A stretch of DNA of 64,000 nucleotides from SAR202 cluster bacterium (lineage in GTDB: Bacteria; Chloroflexota; Dehalococcoidia; Lucifugimonadales; UBA826): assembly GCA_009392815.1 (NCBI GenBank), contig VFFS01000089.1, positions 7,506-71,505 of the forward strand, in the 5' to 3' direction. The notes under the pieces are model-generated. The model saw only the letters and a program-made list of their open reading frames with translations. It did no database searches and was not told the DNA's origin. Of this stretch, positions 1-10,009 are shown one piece after another; the first letter of the stretch is position 1; each line of letters begins with the position of its first letter. The position numbers and the translations under genes are program-made.

Positions 1-1238
1 GTTATGTCTTCTGGACATATACCGAGTCCGTTAGCATAAGCTAGGGCTGTGAGTATATTCGATTCTTGTGAACCCGTGGTCTCCGCGCAGTATACCCCTC
101 TATCTTGATCCTTCCAAACTCTAACTCGCGCATAGACCCGTCTGCCGTCATAATTGTGTATAGAATCAGCAAGAGTTGCTTTCACAATTGGTCTCTCTCC
201 TGCCGCCTTACCCATCATAAGCCTTATCGCTGGGCGACCAAATTGTTCAAATGCCACAAATGTGCTCACAGGATTTCCCGGAAGCCCCAACAGGGGTATT
301 GAATCCGATCGTTTATCAAAATCTAGATGCCCAAAGGCTAGTGGTTTGGCCGGTCTCATCCGCACCGACCAAAACTCCAAATTTCCATGTTCTTCAAGAA
401 CATCTTTAACTAAATCATAGTCACCTTTTGAAACACCCGCGGAAGTAATAATCAAATCAGAATCAACGGCTTGTTGAAGTTTTGACCTTAACTCTCCAGC
501 GTTGTCAGGGGCCACCCCCAGGGGTAGCGGAATTCCACCAACACTTTCAACAGAAGCGACTAATGTATTTGTATTGCTATCGTAAATTTTGCCTTCAACA
601 TAATCTGCGCCTGGTTCAAGAAGTTCGTCACCAGTAGCCAATATTGCTACGACTGGCCTTCTAATCACAGATACTTCACTTAAACCAAGTGCGGCCAAGA
701 GACCAACTGTGGAAGGCTTGATAATCGAACCTTTATCTAGGACTTTATCGCCACGACCCACGTCCCGGCCTGCTATTCGTATATCGTTACCTTCTGATAC
801 CTCGGTCAAAATACCAATAGAATCGTCTTCTTTTACTGTAGCAATGAGCATTTCAGTAGTAAGCTCGAAAGGTACTACGGCATCAGCCCCTGGGGGAATA
901 GGTGCTCCAGTCATTATTCTCGAGGCCTTTCCCGGTCCAATTTTGACTTTCGGCAAGGACCCAGCTGCTATGGTCTCCAACACGTCAAGAAAAACAGGAT
1001 TGTCCGCTCCTGCCCCATCTGTATCTCCAGAAATAACAGCATAACCGTCCATTGCCGAGTTATTGAGTGGAGGTATGTCCAATGGCGAGAAAATATCGTT
1101 TGATAACACCTGACCGATCGCTTGAGTTACCGGTACAATCTCAGCATCCAAAACGCCAAAGTTCGCCAGAACTCTTTGTTTTGCTTGTTCCACCGAAAGC
1201 ATATCTTCATCATGATGATGATGAGTATGTGATTCCAT
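1..1238 (-). CDS. moeA: Molybdopterin molybdenumtransferase MoeA (3' end runs off the left window edge; about 412 codons visible)
   Basis: Absent from the ORF track because the frame is open to position 1. My translation of the minus strand from ATG 1238 gives MESHTHHHHDEDMLSVEQAKQRVL..PLNNSAMDGYAV..TSAGVSKGDYD..VRMRPAKPLAFG..GLPGNPVSTFV, which are MoeA hallmarks. GAGAGGA Shine-Dalgarno lies 5 nt upstream of the ATG. Confidence 0.85.
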   Translation of the reverse strand, partial: MESHTHHHHDEDMLSVEQAKQRVLANFGVLDAEIVPVTQAIGQVLSNDIFSPLDIPPLNNSAMDGYAVISGDTDGAGADNPVFLDVLETIAAGSLPKVKIGPGKASRIMTGAPIPPGADAVVPFELTTEMLIATVKEDDSIGILTEVSEGNDIRIAGRDVGRGDKVLDKGSIIKPSTVGLLAALGLSEVSVIRRPVVAILATGDELLEPGADYVEGKIYDSNTNTLVASVESVGGIPLPLGVAPDNAGELRSKLQQAVDSDLIITSAGVSKGDYDLVKDVLEEHGNLEFWSVRMRPAKPLAFGHLDFDKRSDSIPLLGLPGNPVSTFVAFEQFGRPAIRLMMGKAAGERPIVKATLADSIHNYDGRRVYARVRVWKDQDRGVYCAETTGSQESNILTALAYANGLGICPEDI

Positions 1239-1290
1239 TTTTATCCTCTCGTAAAAATACGAAGTTCACTTCGTAGAAAATAGTTTCAAA

Positions 1291-3774
1291 TTAGTCAACA
1301 TGAAAACGTTCATCAACATTAAGCTGATGCTTGAGACTTCGCATGATTTGTCTCTGTGCCTTATCTACATCGCCAGACTCTAACGTTCCAGTTTCAGACT
1401 GGAAAATTATACGATAGGTTAGTGACTTGGTTCCCTCTGGAATTCCATCACCTATGTATGAGTCAATTGGAAGCACATCTTCTACAAGCTTATGAGCTCC
1501 AATTATTGATTCTATTTCAGCTGAAGAACGCTGCTTATCTGCCAAGAGCGCAATGTCTCTCGCCGAAGAAGGAAACCTCGCTACGGACTCAAACAACTTG
1601 GGAGTATTATCGTATGTATTTGAAAGGGCCTCCAAATCAACCTCAAAGATGAAGGTTCTGTCCTTGGGTAACTCGAAAAACCCTGCGACGTTTTCATTGA
1701 TTTGCCCTATGTAACCAACCTCCGCACCATTTACTGATATCGAAGCACACCCCCCTGGCTTTAGAGCAGGATGATCTGCAGGTGAAAAATTTAGCTTTAC
1801 TGGCAAAGCGTGCTCCAAAATCCCTTTTAGGTCAAAGAAATCTACTACTTCCTCAGCCTGTTGCCATATGCTCACGTTGGATCGCAATCCCGTGATGCCT
1901 CCCACAAGATGTTCCGTCTCGTTGGGCAAATCATCGTGACTCTGGTTCATTGCCCAGGTGAAAACATGCCCTATTTCAAACATTCTGACTCCGGACGGAG
2001 CGACTCGATGATTTCTAGCCAACCCTTCACAGAGATTTCCAAGAAGACTGGACCTCAACCAAGGTTTAGTTTGGTCCATTGGATTGAGTAATTTCATGGC
2101 CCTCTCAGAATCCGGCCATGCCCCAACAGTCCTCAAATTCTCTCGACTCGTTACAACATAAGAAACCATCTCAGACATACCCGTTCCCACCAAATTGTCT
2201 CTGACGATTTCCTTTAACTCTAAATACTGATTTGGGGTAAATTCTGGAACTTCCGAAGTTAATCTCTTACTGGGAAGATTATCGTAACCAAATATTCTTG
2301 CAAATTCCTCTACAACATCTTCTTCAATATTTATATCCGACCTCCAGTAAGGAGGAGTCACAGTCAAAGAGTAATCTCGGTTTGCTGCTGCTGATGGATC
2401 CAGTGTATCTATTAGATCATTCACACTGGAGGGTTGCCTTAACTCAGCAAATCCCAATTTGAGCAAAACCGATAACACTTGGCTGTAAGAAAATTCCGCG
2501 CCAAGCATACGACCTAACTTATTTAAAGATACGGTTATATTCTGGGGTTCAGTTTTACCAGGATAAACATCTATATGACCTCGTGTAACACTTCCGTTGC
2601 AAATCTCAACAAGTAGTTTTGTTGCCCTCTTTAATGCTCTCAAGGCTAATTCTGGCTGTAGAACCCTCTCAAATCTATACGAAGCTTCCGTATTTAGGTT
2701 AAGCAGAGACCGAGATTGACGTATGCTAGACGCAGAAAAATTAGCTGCCTCCAAAAAGACATCGTTCGTTGCATCATCAACCTCTGTGTTGGCTCCACCC
2801 ATAATCCCAGCAAGACCTATTGGACCCGACACATCGGCTATAACAAGGGTTTCCTTAGTCAAGTTTCTAACTTGTCCATCCAACGTTTTAAGAATTTCTT
2901 TGTCTTTGGCCGATCTGACATAAATGGTGTTACCGGTTACTTTGGCTCTGTCGAAAGCATGTAAAGGTTGTCCTAATTCCATCATCACGTAATTCGTGAT
3001 ATCCACCACGTTGTTAATGGGTCGTATTCCAGCCCTTTCTAGTCTATTAGTTAACCAAGAGGGCGATGGACCAACCTGTACATTACGAACCACGGTTCCG
3101 GTATAACGTAAACATAGGTTTGGCTCTTCTACAAAAACTTCCATAACCGAACCAATTTCATCGGCTGAGTCGCCTATAAAATAGGATGTGTCGGGATATG
3201 TAACATCTTGGTCTGTTAAAGCTGCCACTTCATAGGCGGTTCCAACTACTGATAAACAATCTGGTCTATTCGGAGTAAGCTCAGTCTCCAAAATTTGATC
3301 ACCCAAAATATCCGTTAGAGGAGTACCTGGGAGTAATTCCTGATCCAACTCCAAAATGCCTTGATGATCGTCGCTAATTCCTAGCTCCATACTGGAACAA
3401 ACCATGCCTAATGAAGATATCCCTCTTATCTCAGCTTTTCTAAGCTGCTCCAATTGACCCGTTTTGGGATTTGTGAGTTTCGCCCCTTCAGAAGCATATG
3501 CGATATTTTGCCCCACTCTTATGTTTGGGGCCCCACAAACCACAGAAACAGGCTCCTCTTGGCCCACATCTATTAATGGGACCTTCAGACGATCTGCATT
3601 GGGGTGCGGGTTTATTTCTAGAATACGACCAACCACTATCAAATCTCCCCAGTCACCACCAATTGTGTCAATGGAGCCAATTTCGAGACCTGACATAGTT
3701 AATTTATGGGATAGCATCTCGATAGGCATATCGATATCGACATAATCTGATAACCAGGAAATGGGAACTTTCAT
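1291..3774 (-). CDS. pheT: Phenylalanine--tRNA ligase beta subunit
   Basis: 827 aa, typical bacterial PheT length. N-terminal tRNA-binding domain (MKVPISWLSDYVDI..), B3/4-B5 core and a C-terminal FDX-ACB-like region. Starts 15 nt downstream of pheS. Confidence 0.95.
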   Translation of the reverse strand: MKVPISWLSDYVDIDMPIEMLSHKLTMSGLEIGSIDTIGGDWGDLIVVGRILEINPHPNADRLKVPLIDVGQEEPVSVVCGAPNIRVGQNIAYASEGAKLTNPKTGQLEQLRKAEIRGISSLGMVCSSMELGISDDHQGILELDQELLPGTPLTDILGDQILETELTPNRPDCLSVVGTAYEVAALTDQDVTYPDTSYFIGDSADEIGSVMEVFVEEPNLCLRYTGTVVRNVQVGPSPSWLTNRLERAGIRPINNVVDITNYVMMELGQPLHAFDRAKVTGNTIYVRSAKDKEILKTLDGQVRNLTKETLVIADVSGPIGLAGIMGGANTEVDDATNDVFLEAANFSASSIRQSRSLLNLNTEASYRFERVLQPELALRALKRATKLLVEICNGSVTRGHIDVYPGKTEPQNITVSLNKLGRMLGAEFSYSQVLSVLLKLGFAELRQPSSVNDLIDTLDPSAAANRDYSLTVTPPYWRSDINIEEDVVEEFARIFGYDNLPSKRLTSEVPEFTPNQYLELKEIVRDNLVGTGMSEMVSYVVTSRENLRTVGAWPDSERAMKLLNPMDQTKPWLRSSLLGNLCEGLARNHRVAPSGVRMFEIGHVFTWAMNQSHDDLPNETEHLVGGITGLRSNVSIWQQAEEVVDFFDLKGILEHALPVKLNFSPADHPALKPGGCASISVNGAEVGYIGQINENVAGFFELPKDRTFIFEVDLEALSNTYDNTPKLFESVARFPSSARDIALLADKQRSSAEIESIIGAHKLVEDVLPIDSYIGDGIPEGTKSLTYRIIFQSETGTLESGDVDKAQRQIMRSLKHQLNVDERFHVD

Positions 3775-3789
3775 GTTACAGGCACACCT

Positions 3790-4848
3790 TTACTGTTGAG
3801 AAAATTGCTTAAGAAATCTCAAATCATTCGCGTAGAAATGGCGGATGTCGTCAATACCCTGTCGAAGCATTGCTATTCGCTCGGCTCCCATCCCAAAGGC
3901 AAAACCGGAATAGATATTTGGATCGTATCCGACTCCTCTTAATACCTCCGGGTGTACCATTCCAGCACCAAGAATTTCAATCCATCCTGTGTGGCTACAA
4001 ACACGACATCCCTCACCATCACACTTAAAACAATCTATAGACATCTCCGCACCAGGCTCCACGAAGGGAAAAAAATCACATCGGAATCTCGTCTTTCTAG
4101 TTTCTCCAAATATGCTTTTAGCAAATGCATCCAAAGTTCCTTTCAGATCAGCGAATCCAATTCCTTTATCTATGGCAAGACCCTCAATTTGTGTAAATTG
4201 CCATTCGTGAGTGGCATCTGTAGCTTCGTACCTAAATGCCTTCCCCGGCACAATGACTCTTATTGGAGGAGTTTCTTGTTCCATTACCCTAATTTGCATC
4301 GGAGACGTGTGGGTCCTAAGAAGAAAGGGGCGTAAATCTGGATCATTAGGATAATCAACCCACAAACTGTTCCACATATCCCGCGCTGGATGATCGGCCG
4401 GGATATTTAATTTTTGAAAATTATAGGTGTCCAATTCCACTTCAGGTCCTTCAACAACTCTAAAACCCATAGGAGCAAAAGCGGCTGCGATTTCTCTGAC
4501 GATGAGAGTCGTGGGGTGGAAGGAACCCTGAGGTGGATTTCTCCCCGGAAGCGTTACATCAATACCAGTCACTTGGTTCTCTGCGTTTTGGCTAACGCTA
4601 ACTTCTTGAACTTTATCGTCGTATTCATCTTGTAATAGTATCTTGAGATCATTCGAAGCCTTGCCCAAGGTCCGCCGCGAATCTTGGTCCAAGCCGCCCA
4701 GGCTTCCCATCACTGTAGAAATTGCGCCACGCCTTCCTAAATAGTTGATTCTCCATTCTTCAAGTGAAGCCAATGATTCACATTCAGCAAGAGCTGAACG
4801 AGCTTCTTCTTTGAGTTTTTCCAACGTATTTTGGTTGTTATTTGTCAC
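3790..4848 (-). CDS. pheS: Phenylalanine--tRNA ligase alpha subunit
   Basis: 352 aa. Class II aaRS core with FRYEATDATHEWQFTQIEG and motif 3 GFAFGMGAERIAMLRQGI. Directly upstream of pheT. Confidence 0.95.
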   Translation of the reverse strand: MTNNNQNTLEKLKEEARSALAECESLASLEEWRINYLGRRGAISTVMGSLGGLDQDSRRTLGKASNDLKILLQDEYDDKVQEVSVSQNAENQVTGIDVTLPGRNPPQGSFHPTTLIVREIAAAFAPMGFRVVEGPEVELDTYNFQKLNIPADHPARDMWNSLWVDYPNDPDLRPFLLRTHTSPMQIRVMEQETPPIRVIVPGKAFRYEATDATHEWQFTQIEGLAIDKGIGFADLKGTLDAFAKSIFGETRKTRFRCDFFPFVEPGAEMSIDCFKCDGEGCRVCSHTGWIEILGAGMVHPEVLRGVGYDPNIYSGFAFGMGAERIAMLRQGIDDIRHFYANDLRFLKQFSQQ

Positions 4849-5036
4849 GAGTTATAAATCCCACGCTTCTCTCAAAATTTTTATTATCCCACAAGGAATT
4901 ATAGGAATCCCCGCAAAATTGGGTCAACATAACACTTCAAAGGGGCTATAAGGATAGCTGAGGTTGTGTAAAATCCTCTCGTAGAGACAGTTATTCAAGT
5001 ATCGAATATGCACCCAGGATCCGAAGGACATTAAGA

Positions 5037-6170
5037 ATGTTAGATGAAATTTTAACTGGAGCTTCCCTGGTTAAATTAATTACGTCGGTTATTGCCCTGG
5101 TTGGATTCATAGGTGGGGGAATTTTATTTCGCATATTCGCTGGTATGTTCCTAAAACGTATGGAATCGAAGGAAGCTTTCCCGATTGCTGGAATCGTTCT
5201 TAAGTCAGTCAAAAACCCCGCTTCAATTTTGTTAGTTTCCGTTGGGATATTGCTGGCATATTTAATCATTATAGATATTCCTATAGATCTCCTCGTATCT
5301 CTCTCAGGTAGCGGAGATCTAGCCATTGGGACATGGCAGATCGTAGCGATTGCTCTTGGAACATTAACGACAGCCCATTTATGTGATGCTCTCATTGAAT
5401 GGTATATCATCAACATAGCAGCAAAAACTAATACAACTTTCGACGACACCCTTCTTCCAACCCTGAGACGTGTTTTACCAATCACCATCTATGCGATTGG
5501 TGTTTTAATAGCTATTGATAGTTTTGGAGTGTCTGTGAGCCCAATCCTAGCTGGTCTAGGTATTGGAGGCTTAGCTGTTGCGCTTGCAGTACAACCCACC
5601 CTCAGCAATTTTTTTGCCGGCACTTATGTTGTCACCGAAGGAGAAATGAAGAAAGGGGACTTTATTGAATTAGAAGGTGGTCCCTCAGGCTATGTAGAAG
5701 AGGTCGGATGGCGAAGTACAAAAATAAGAAGTCGATTTAATAATCTCGTTATCATCCCAAATTCCAGAATGGCTGAAAGTATAGTCACCAATTATTACAG
5801 TCCAACCCCTGCTATGAATGTAGTCGTTACTTGTGGAGTAAGTTACGAGGCGGATCTTCCGACGGTAGAGAGATGTGCCCTGGAAGAAGCGGCTGCTCTA
5901 ATTTCGGAATCTGAACAAGCGATAAAAGATATAGATCCATTTTTCGGGTTTTCCAATTTTGGAGATTCAAACATAGATTTTTTTGTTTTCCTTCAAGCTA
6001 TTGATAGGGCGGGAACCTTTCGTCTTAAGAGCCAATTGATCAAGAGAATCCATGAAAGGTTTGGAAAAGAGGGTATTGAAATTAATTATCCAGTGCGCAG
6101 ACTTGTTTTTCCAGAGAACAGCATCAACATGGATAATGATCTAACTGTCAGGCAACCAGATGCGGAATGA
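5037..6170 (+). CDS. Mechanosensitive ion channel, MscS family
   Basis: 377 aa. Several N-terminal TM helices followed by the MscS beta-domain pattern GDFIELEGGPSGYVEEVGWRSTKIRSRFNNLVIIPNS. Confidence 0.8.
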   Translation: MLDEILTGASLVKLITSVIALVGFIGGGILFRIFAGMFLKRMESKEAFPIAGIVLKSVKNPASILLVSVGILLAYLIIIDIPIDLLVSLSGSGDLAIGTWQIVAIALGTLTTAHLCDALIEWYIINIAAKTNTTFDDTLLPTLRRVLPITIYAIGVLIAIDSFGVSVSPILAGLGIGGLAVALAVQPTLSNFFAGTYVVTEGEMKKGDFIELEGGPSGYVEEVGWRSTKIRSRFNNLVIIPNSRMAESIVTNYYSPTPAMNVVVTCGVSYEADLPTVERCALEEAAALISESEQAIKDIDPFFGFSNFGDSNIDFFVFLQAIDRAGTFRLKSQLIKRIHERFGKEGIEINYPVRRLVFPENSINMDNDLTVRQPDAE

Positions 6171-6228
6171 TGCATTTGATTTTTTGGCATCGGGGCATAC
6201 TAGTGACCGATAGAGTGTATACGTGATT

Positions 6229-7125
6229 TTATGTCTTTCTCTCTAGTCGTCTTCTCTGAAAAAGATATTGATTAACATAGCCTGAATCTATCCCAAACTT
6301 ATTTTGTGCCCATATGCGTAACTGAGCCTCTGGAACTGCTTCCCCATTAGGCACATATTTTTCTCTCAACACCCTCCGTATCCAAACATCGACAGGAAAT
6401 GAATTATCTTGGTCTAGGGAAAACAACATTACACAGTTCGCCACCTTGTCACCGACGCCATACAGGGAAATCAACGACTGATACGTCTCTTCGTACTCTG
6501 ATTCCCTTAAGTTCTCTAAGTTGATCTCTCCTCTTGATATGGCTTGAGCGGCATGATTAACATATTTTGCTCTAAATCCAAGACCCAATTCTCGCAGCCC
6601 AGACTCACCGAGCATTGCGATTTCCCCAGGGGGTGGGAACGAATAATATGTTCCCTGACTATCTGTTATAGCTTTCCCACATGCTTTACTGATTCTATCT
6701 ACTAGGAGTCTTATACGAGGGATATTATTGTTGGCAGAACAAATGAAAGTGACAAGACATTCCCACGGCTCCTGTCTCAAAAGGTGAAGACCTTTGTATT
6801 GATCTATTGAACTTTGAAGATACTCATCAGCAGCCGAGCGGGCATAAAAGCTTTCCAAATCATCGTCTATTCTTAGATATGATCCAACAAGATCTCTTAG
6901 GTCAGACTCAGAAATTGGATCAGTTCCTTCAAAGGTGATCTTTGCAATTATCGTCTGTTGTTCTTGTATTAACGAGACTCTCCTACCATAAATTATTCCT
7001 TGATAATTTACTTTCAGGTCGGAGGGGTTTTCGAGTGACCAACGAAAAGCTTGACCACTAAAAAGTGTTTCCCCAAGATTGTAGGGTTGTGTAAGAGGAA
7101 AAGTAACCTTCACGCATTTAACCAC
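6229..7125 (-). CDS. ogg: 8-oxoguanine DNA glycosylase/AP lyase, OGG1 type (HhH-GPD)
   Basis: 298 aa. HhH-GPD segment LYGVGDKVANCVMLFSLDQDNSFPVDVW matches the OGG1 GVGxKVAxC..PVDV pattern, including the catalytic Lys and Asp. Start is GTG 7125 or GTG 7113; the latter gives a GTGA overlap with the dinG stop. Confidence 0.8.
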   Translation of the reverse strand: MVKCVKVTFPLTQPYNLGETLFSGQAFRWSLENPSDLKVNYQGIIYGRRVSLIQEQQTIIAKITFEGTDPISESDLRDLVGSYLRIDDDLESFYARSAADEYLQSSIDQYKGLHLLRQEPWECLVTFICSANNNIPRIRLLVDRISKACGKAITDSQGTYYSFPPPGEIAMLGESGLRELGLGFRAKYVNHAAQAISRGEINLENLRESEYEETYQSLISLYGVGDKVANCVMLFSLDQDNSFPVDVWIRRVLREKYVPNGEAVPEAQLRIWAQNKFGIDSGYVNQYLFQRRRLERKT

Positions 7126-9890
7126 GATTTGGTCTCTCCTTCTAACTCGTTCATCGAACAGGTACTCATAGTTGTTTCCGGAAGAGCCTTCAGGAAGCGC
7201 TTACCGTAGTTTCTTTTGATTATGCGACTGTCCAAAACCACAAACACGCCCCTGTCAGTCGATGATCGAATTAATCGTCCAAAACCTTGTCGAAATCTCA
7301 AGACAGCTCTTGGAATGGAGTATTCCGTGAACGCGGTATAACTATCGCCATATGTCTCTGAACGTGCCGCGAAAACTGGATCTGTTGGTACTTCGAAAGG
7401 AAGTCTTGTCAAAATTAGAGCTTGTAAATTGTCTCCTTGAATATCGATTCCTTCCCATAAACTACTTGTTCCTAGGAGAACAATGGGCCTACTCTCCTCT
7501 CTCATGCGCTGGACCAACCTATGAGGTGTGCCTGATATGCCTTGTGCGAGTACCAGAATATTGTGCCTCTGCAATAGGGAATTTAACACAGGGTAAGTCG
7601 CCCTAATTGAAGCATTAGACGTAAAGAGGGCCAATGTCCGGCCCTTTGCCGCCATAGCAACACGATAAATAGATTCAACGATCTCTTTTGCGTGTCTAGG
7701 AGAGCCAGGTTCGGAGATATTTTCAACTAGGAGAGTTTTTGTGGATGCAAGGTAATCAAAAGGTGAATCTAATACATACTCCTCATCCGGAGTGAAACCC
7801 AGTCTTGTACAGAAGTGGCCAAAATCGTTATTTGATGAAAGAGTAGCACTCGTCAATACAACAGAAGATTTCTCCCTAAAAAAATCCTGGGACAGGATTT
7901 GTGATACCCCAATAGGAGCCATATTCAGGCTTGTTCCCGATTTATTATTTGATACATCTATCCAATAAACGGAGGATTCGCTTGGTGGATCGGCAAACTC
8001 CTCGATGGAAATCCTGAGATCGAGCAAATCAGAAATTAAAATAGTTAACTCATTGATAATGTCTCTGGCAGAAGTGCTGAGTTTTTCTGTTTGCATAAGA
8101 TCTAAAAGTTTTCGCAAATGGCCCGTTGATTCTTGTAACAAGATTGATGTGTTCTCAATAGCAGCCTTCATAGGCTCTAATTTCTCATCCGCGTCCTCAT
8201 GCGATATTCTCCAAATACGCTCTGTCTCTCTTCCGCTGGACTCCAGTTTGGATATAGCGAATTGATTTGCTAAAAGCAAGGTGTGATCGGAGCTCTCTGA
8301 TAATCGTGGGCTTAATGAAGTGAGCTGACTGAAGAGCTCATCCACCGAAGCCCTTGTCTCAACCGATGCTGCGACGGACTGAAGTAATCTGTACGCGGTT
8401 CTTAAATTCACATTTGATGGACGGGTCCGTTCTATTAATTCCCTGAAATAGGCCTGTGTTATTTCAAACCCCAGAGCGGCCGTCGCCTGATCTTCCAGAT
8501 GATGGGCTTCATCGATAACAAGATGAGAAGATTCCGGCAACACCCCACCACCTGCGACCAAATCCGCCATGAGCAACGCATGATTCGTTAATATAACAGC
8601 GGCGTTGTTAGCCTTCTGCCTTGCTGCTGCCAAATAACATTCACTTGTTGCAAACTGACAGAGCCCTGCCCCTTCTGACGATAACTCTTTCCAAATTGAT
8701 AGAGAATCTTTTCGATTCATATTCATTTCAGAAGAATCGCCGGTCTTAGTCTCTTCCATCCAAACAGCGCATTTCGCTAATAAGAGAGCTTTCTCCTTTG
8801 TTATATCTGACTGGGACAGCGCATTTTTAAAACGCCTCATACAAAGGTAATTTGACCGGCCTTTAAGGACTGTTACAAGAGGATTGCCAAATTCATCCTC
8901 TGGAAGAAAATTTCCCGCTGCGAGGGAAACTGGAGCATCTTTATTCAAGAGCTGATCCTGAAGATTCAGAGTCCGTGTTGAAACAATCACCCTCTTTCCA
9001 GTAGTTCTGGAGAACTGCAATGCAGGGATAAGGTACGCAATCGATTTTCCGGTCCCAGTTCCTGCCTCAACTACCAAATTCCTAGAATCTGTTAGAGCCC
9101 CGTAAACATGCTCAGCCATTTCTCTCTGGGTCTCACGTTCCTCGTAATGATCAAGGAGGAGGTCCAATGACCCCTGGGAACCGAATATGTTGGTAATATC
9201 GGATGAATCCTTGACCTTCAGATTTGCAACGATAGGTTTCTCATCAGTACACCTTTCCTCAGATGGGGAGAATATATCGCCAGAGCGGGATGGTTTAAAT
9301 AATTCGTGTAACTGGAGCTTGGCTGACTGTGAAAGTGAGTTAAGGATATCAATAGTAGAGCTTGATAAATCATTTACAGAATCTATTAATTTAAGAAATA
9401 GTTCTGCTGTAGCCTTTGCGTCATCAAGGGCCCGATGAGCCTGGTCCCGTTTGATACCGTACCGGGCTAAAAGAGTCTCTAAGGAATAATCAGGGCTGTT
9501 GAAGTCGACAATGTACGCTAGATCCCATGTGTCGAAAACCTTATTATCAAGTTTGAACCCAGACTCGGACAAAAAACGTAGGTCAAAACCCACATTGTGA
9601 CCAACAATAATCTTATTTTGCAGTAATTCACTCACATTTGGAATGAGAGTTGAAACAGATGGTTGCCCTTCCAGATCCGAAGATTCTATTCCAGTAAGAT
9701 TTGTAATAAGGACGGGAAGTTCAGTATCGAGACCTGGGTCGACCAATGTAGAGAATTCATCAAGCAAATTTGTTGAATCGAAAATTTGAATCCCAATTTC
9801 AATGATTCGATCTTTTTTAGGGTCGAGACCTGTTGTTTCAAGGTCGACGGAGGCGAAAATCATGTTTTGCGTCGGTAGTGATGTACTCAT
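7110..9890 (-). CDS. dinG: DinG-family helicase fused to an N-terminal DnaQ-like 3'-5' exonuclease domain
   Basis: 926 aa. Exo motifs DLETTG, GHNVGFDLRFL and HRALDDA. Helicase Walker A EAGTGTGKS and DEAH box VIDEAHHL, with four Cys between them (YLC, AKC, GLC, SEC). Confidence 0.85.
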   Translation of the reverse strand: MSTSLPTQNMIFASVDLETTGLDPKKDRIIEIGIQIFDSTNLLDEFSTLVDPGLDTELPVLITNLTGIESSDLEGQPSVSTLIPNVSELLQNKIIVGHNVGFDLRFLSESGFKLDNKVFDTWDLAYIVDFNSPDYSLETLLARYGIKRDQAHRALDDAKATAELFLKLIDSVNDLSSSTIDILNSLSQSAKLQLHELFKPSRSGDIFSPSEERCTDEKPIVANLKVKDSSDITNIFGSQGSLDLLLDHYEERETQREMAEHVYGALTDSRNLVVEAGTGTGKSIAYLIPALQFSRTTGKRVIVSTRTLNLQDQLLNKDAPVSLAAGNFLPEDEFGNPLVTVLKGRSNYLCMRRFKNALSQSDITKEKALLLAKCAVWMEETKTGDSSEMNMNRKDSLSIWKELSSEGAGLCQFATSECYLAAARQKANNAAVILTNHALLMADLVAGGGVLPESSHLVIDEAHHLEDQATAALGFEITQAYFRELIERTRPSNVNLRTAYRLLQSVAASVETRASVDELFSQLTSLSPRLSESSDHTLLLANQFAISKLESSGRETERIWRISHEDADEKLEPMKAAIENTSILLQESTGHLRKLLDLMQTEKLSTSARDIINELTILISDLLDLRISIEEFADPPSESSVYWIDVSNNKSGTSLNMAPIGVSQILSQDFFREKSSVVLTSATLSSNNDFGHFCTRLGFTPDEEYVLDSPFDYLASTKTLLVENISEPGSPRHAKEIVESIYRVAMAAKGRTLALFTSNASIRATYPVLNSLLQRHNILVLAQGISGTPHRLVQRMREESRPIVLLGTSSLWEGIDIQGDNLQALILTRLPFEVPTDPVFAARSETYGDSYTAFTEYSIPRAVLRFRQGFGRLIRSSTDRGVFVVLDSRIIKRNYGKRFLKALPETTMSTCSMNELEGETKSWLNA

Positions 9891-10009
9891 CTAATAGCAC
9901 GAGTATAGCATCGGAAAATGCGGTAAACATCTGTAGCTTCATATATCATGATTGGTAAGGATACTTAATAGCGTAAGAATCACTAAAGAATTGAGGTTGA
10001 TAGAAAGAG

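Noticed and set aside
4991-5488. 165-aa minus-strand ORF overlapping the mscS 5' region
   Set aside because: It is antisense to a well-supported MscS-family gene. It would also leave pheS and mscS without a promoter region, and its composition is atypical.
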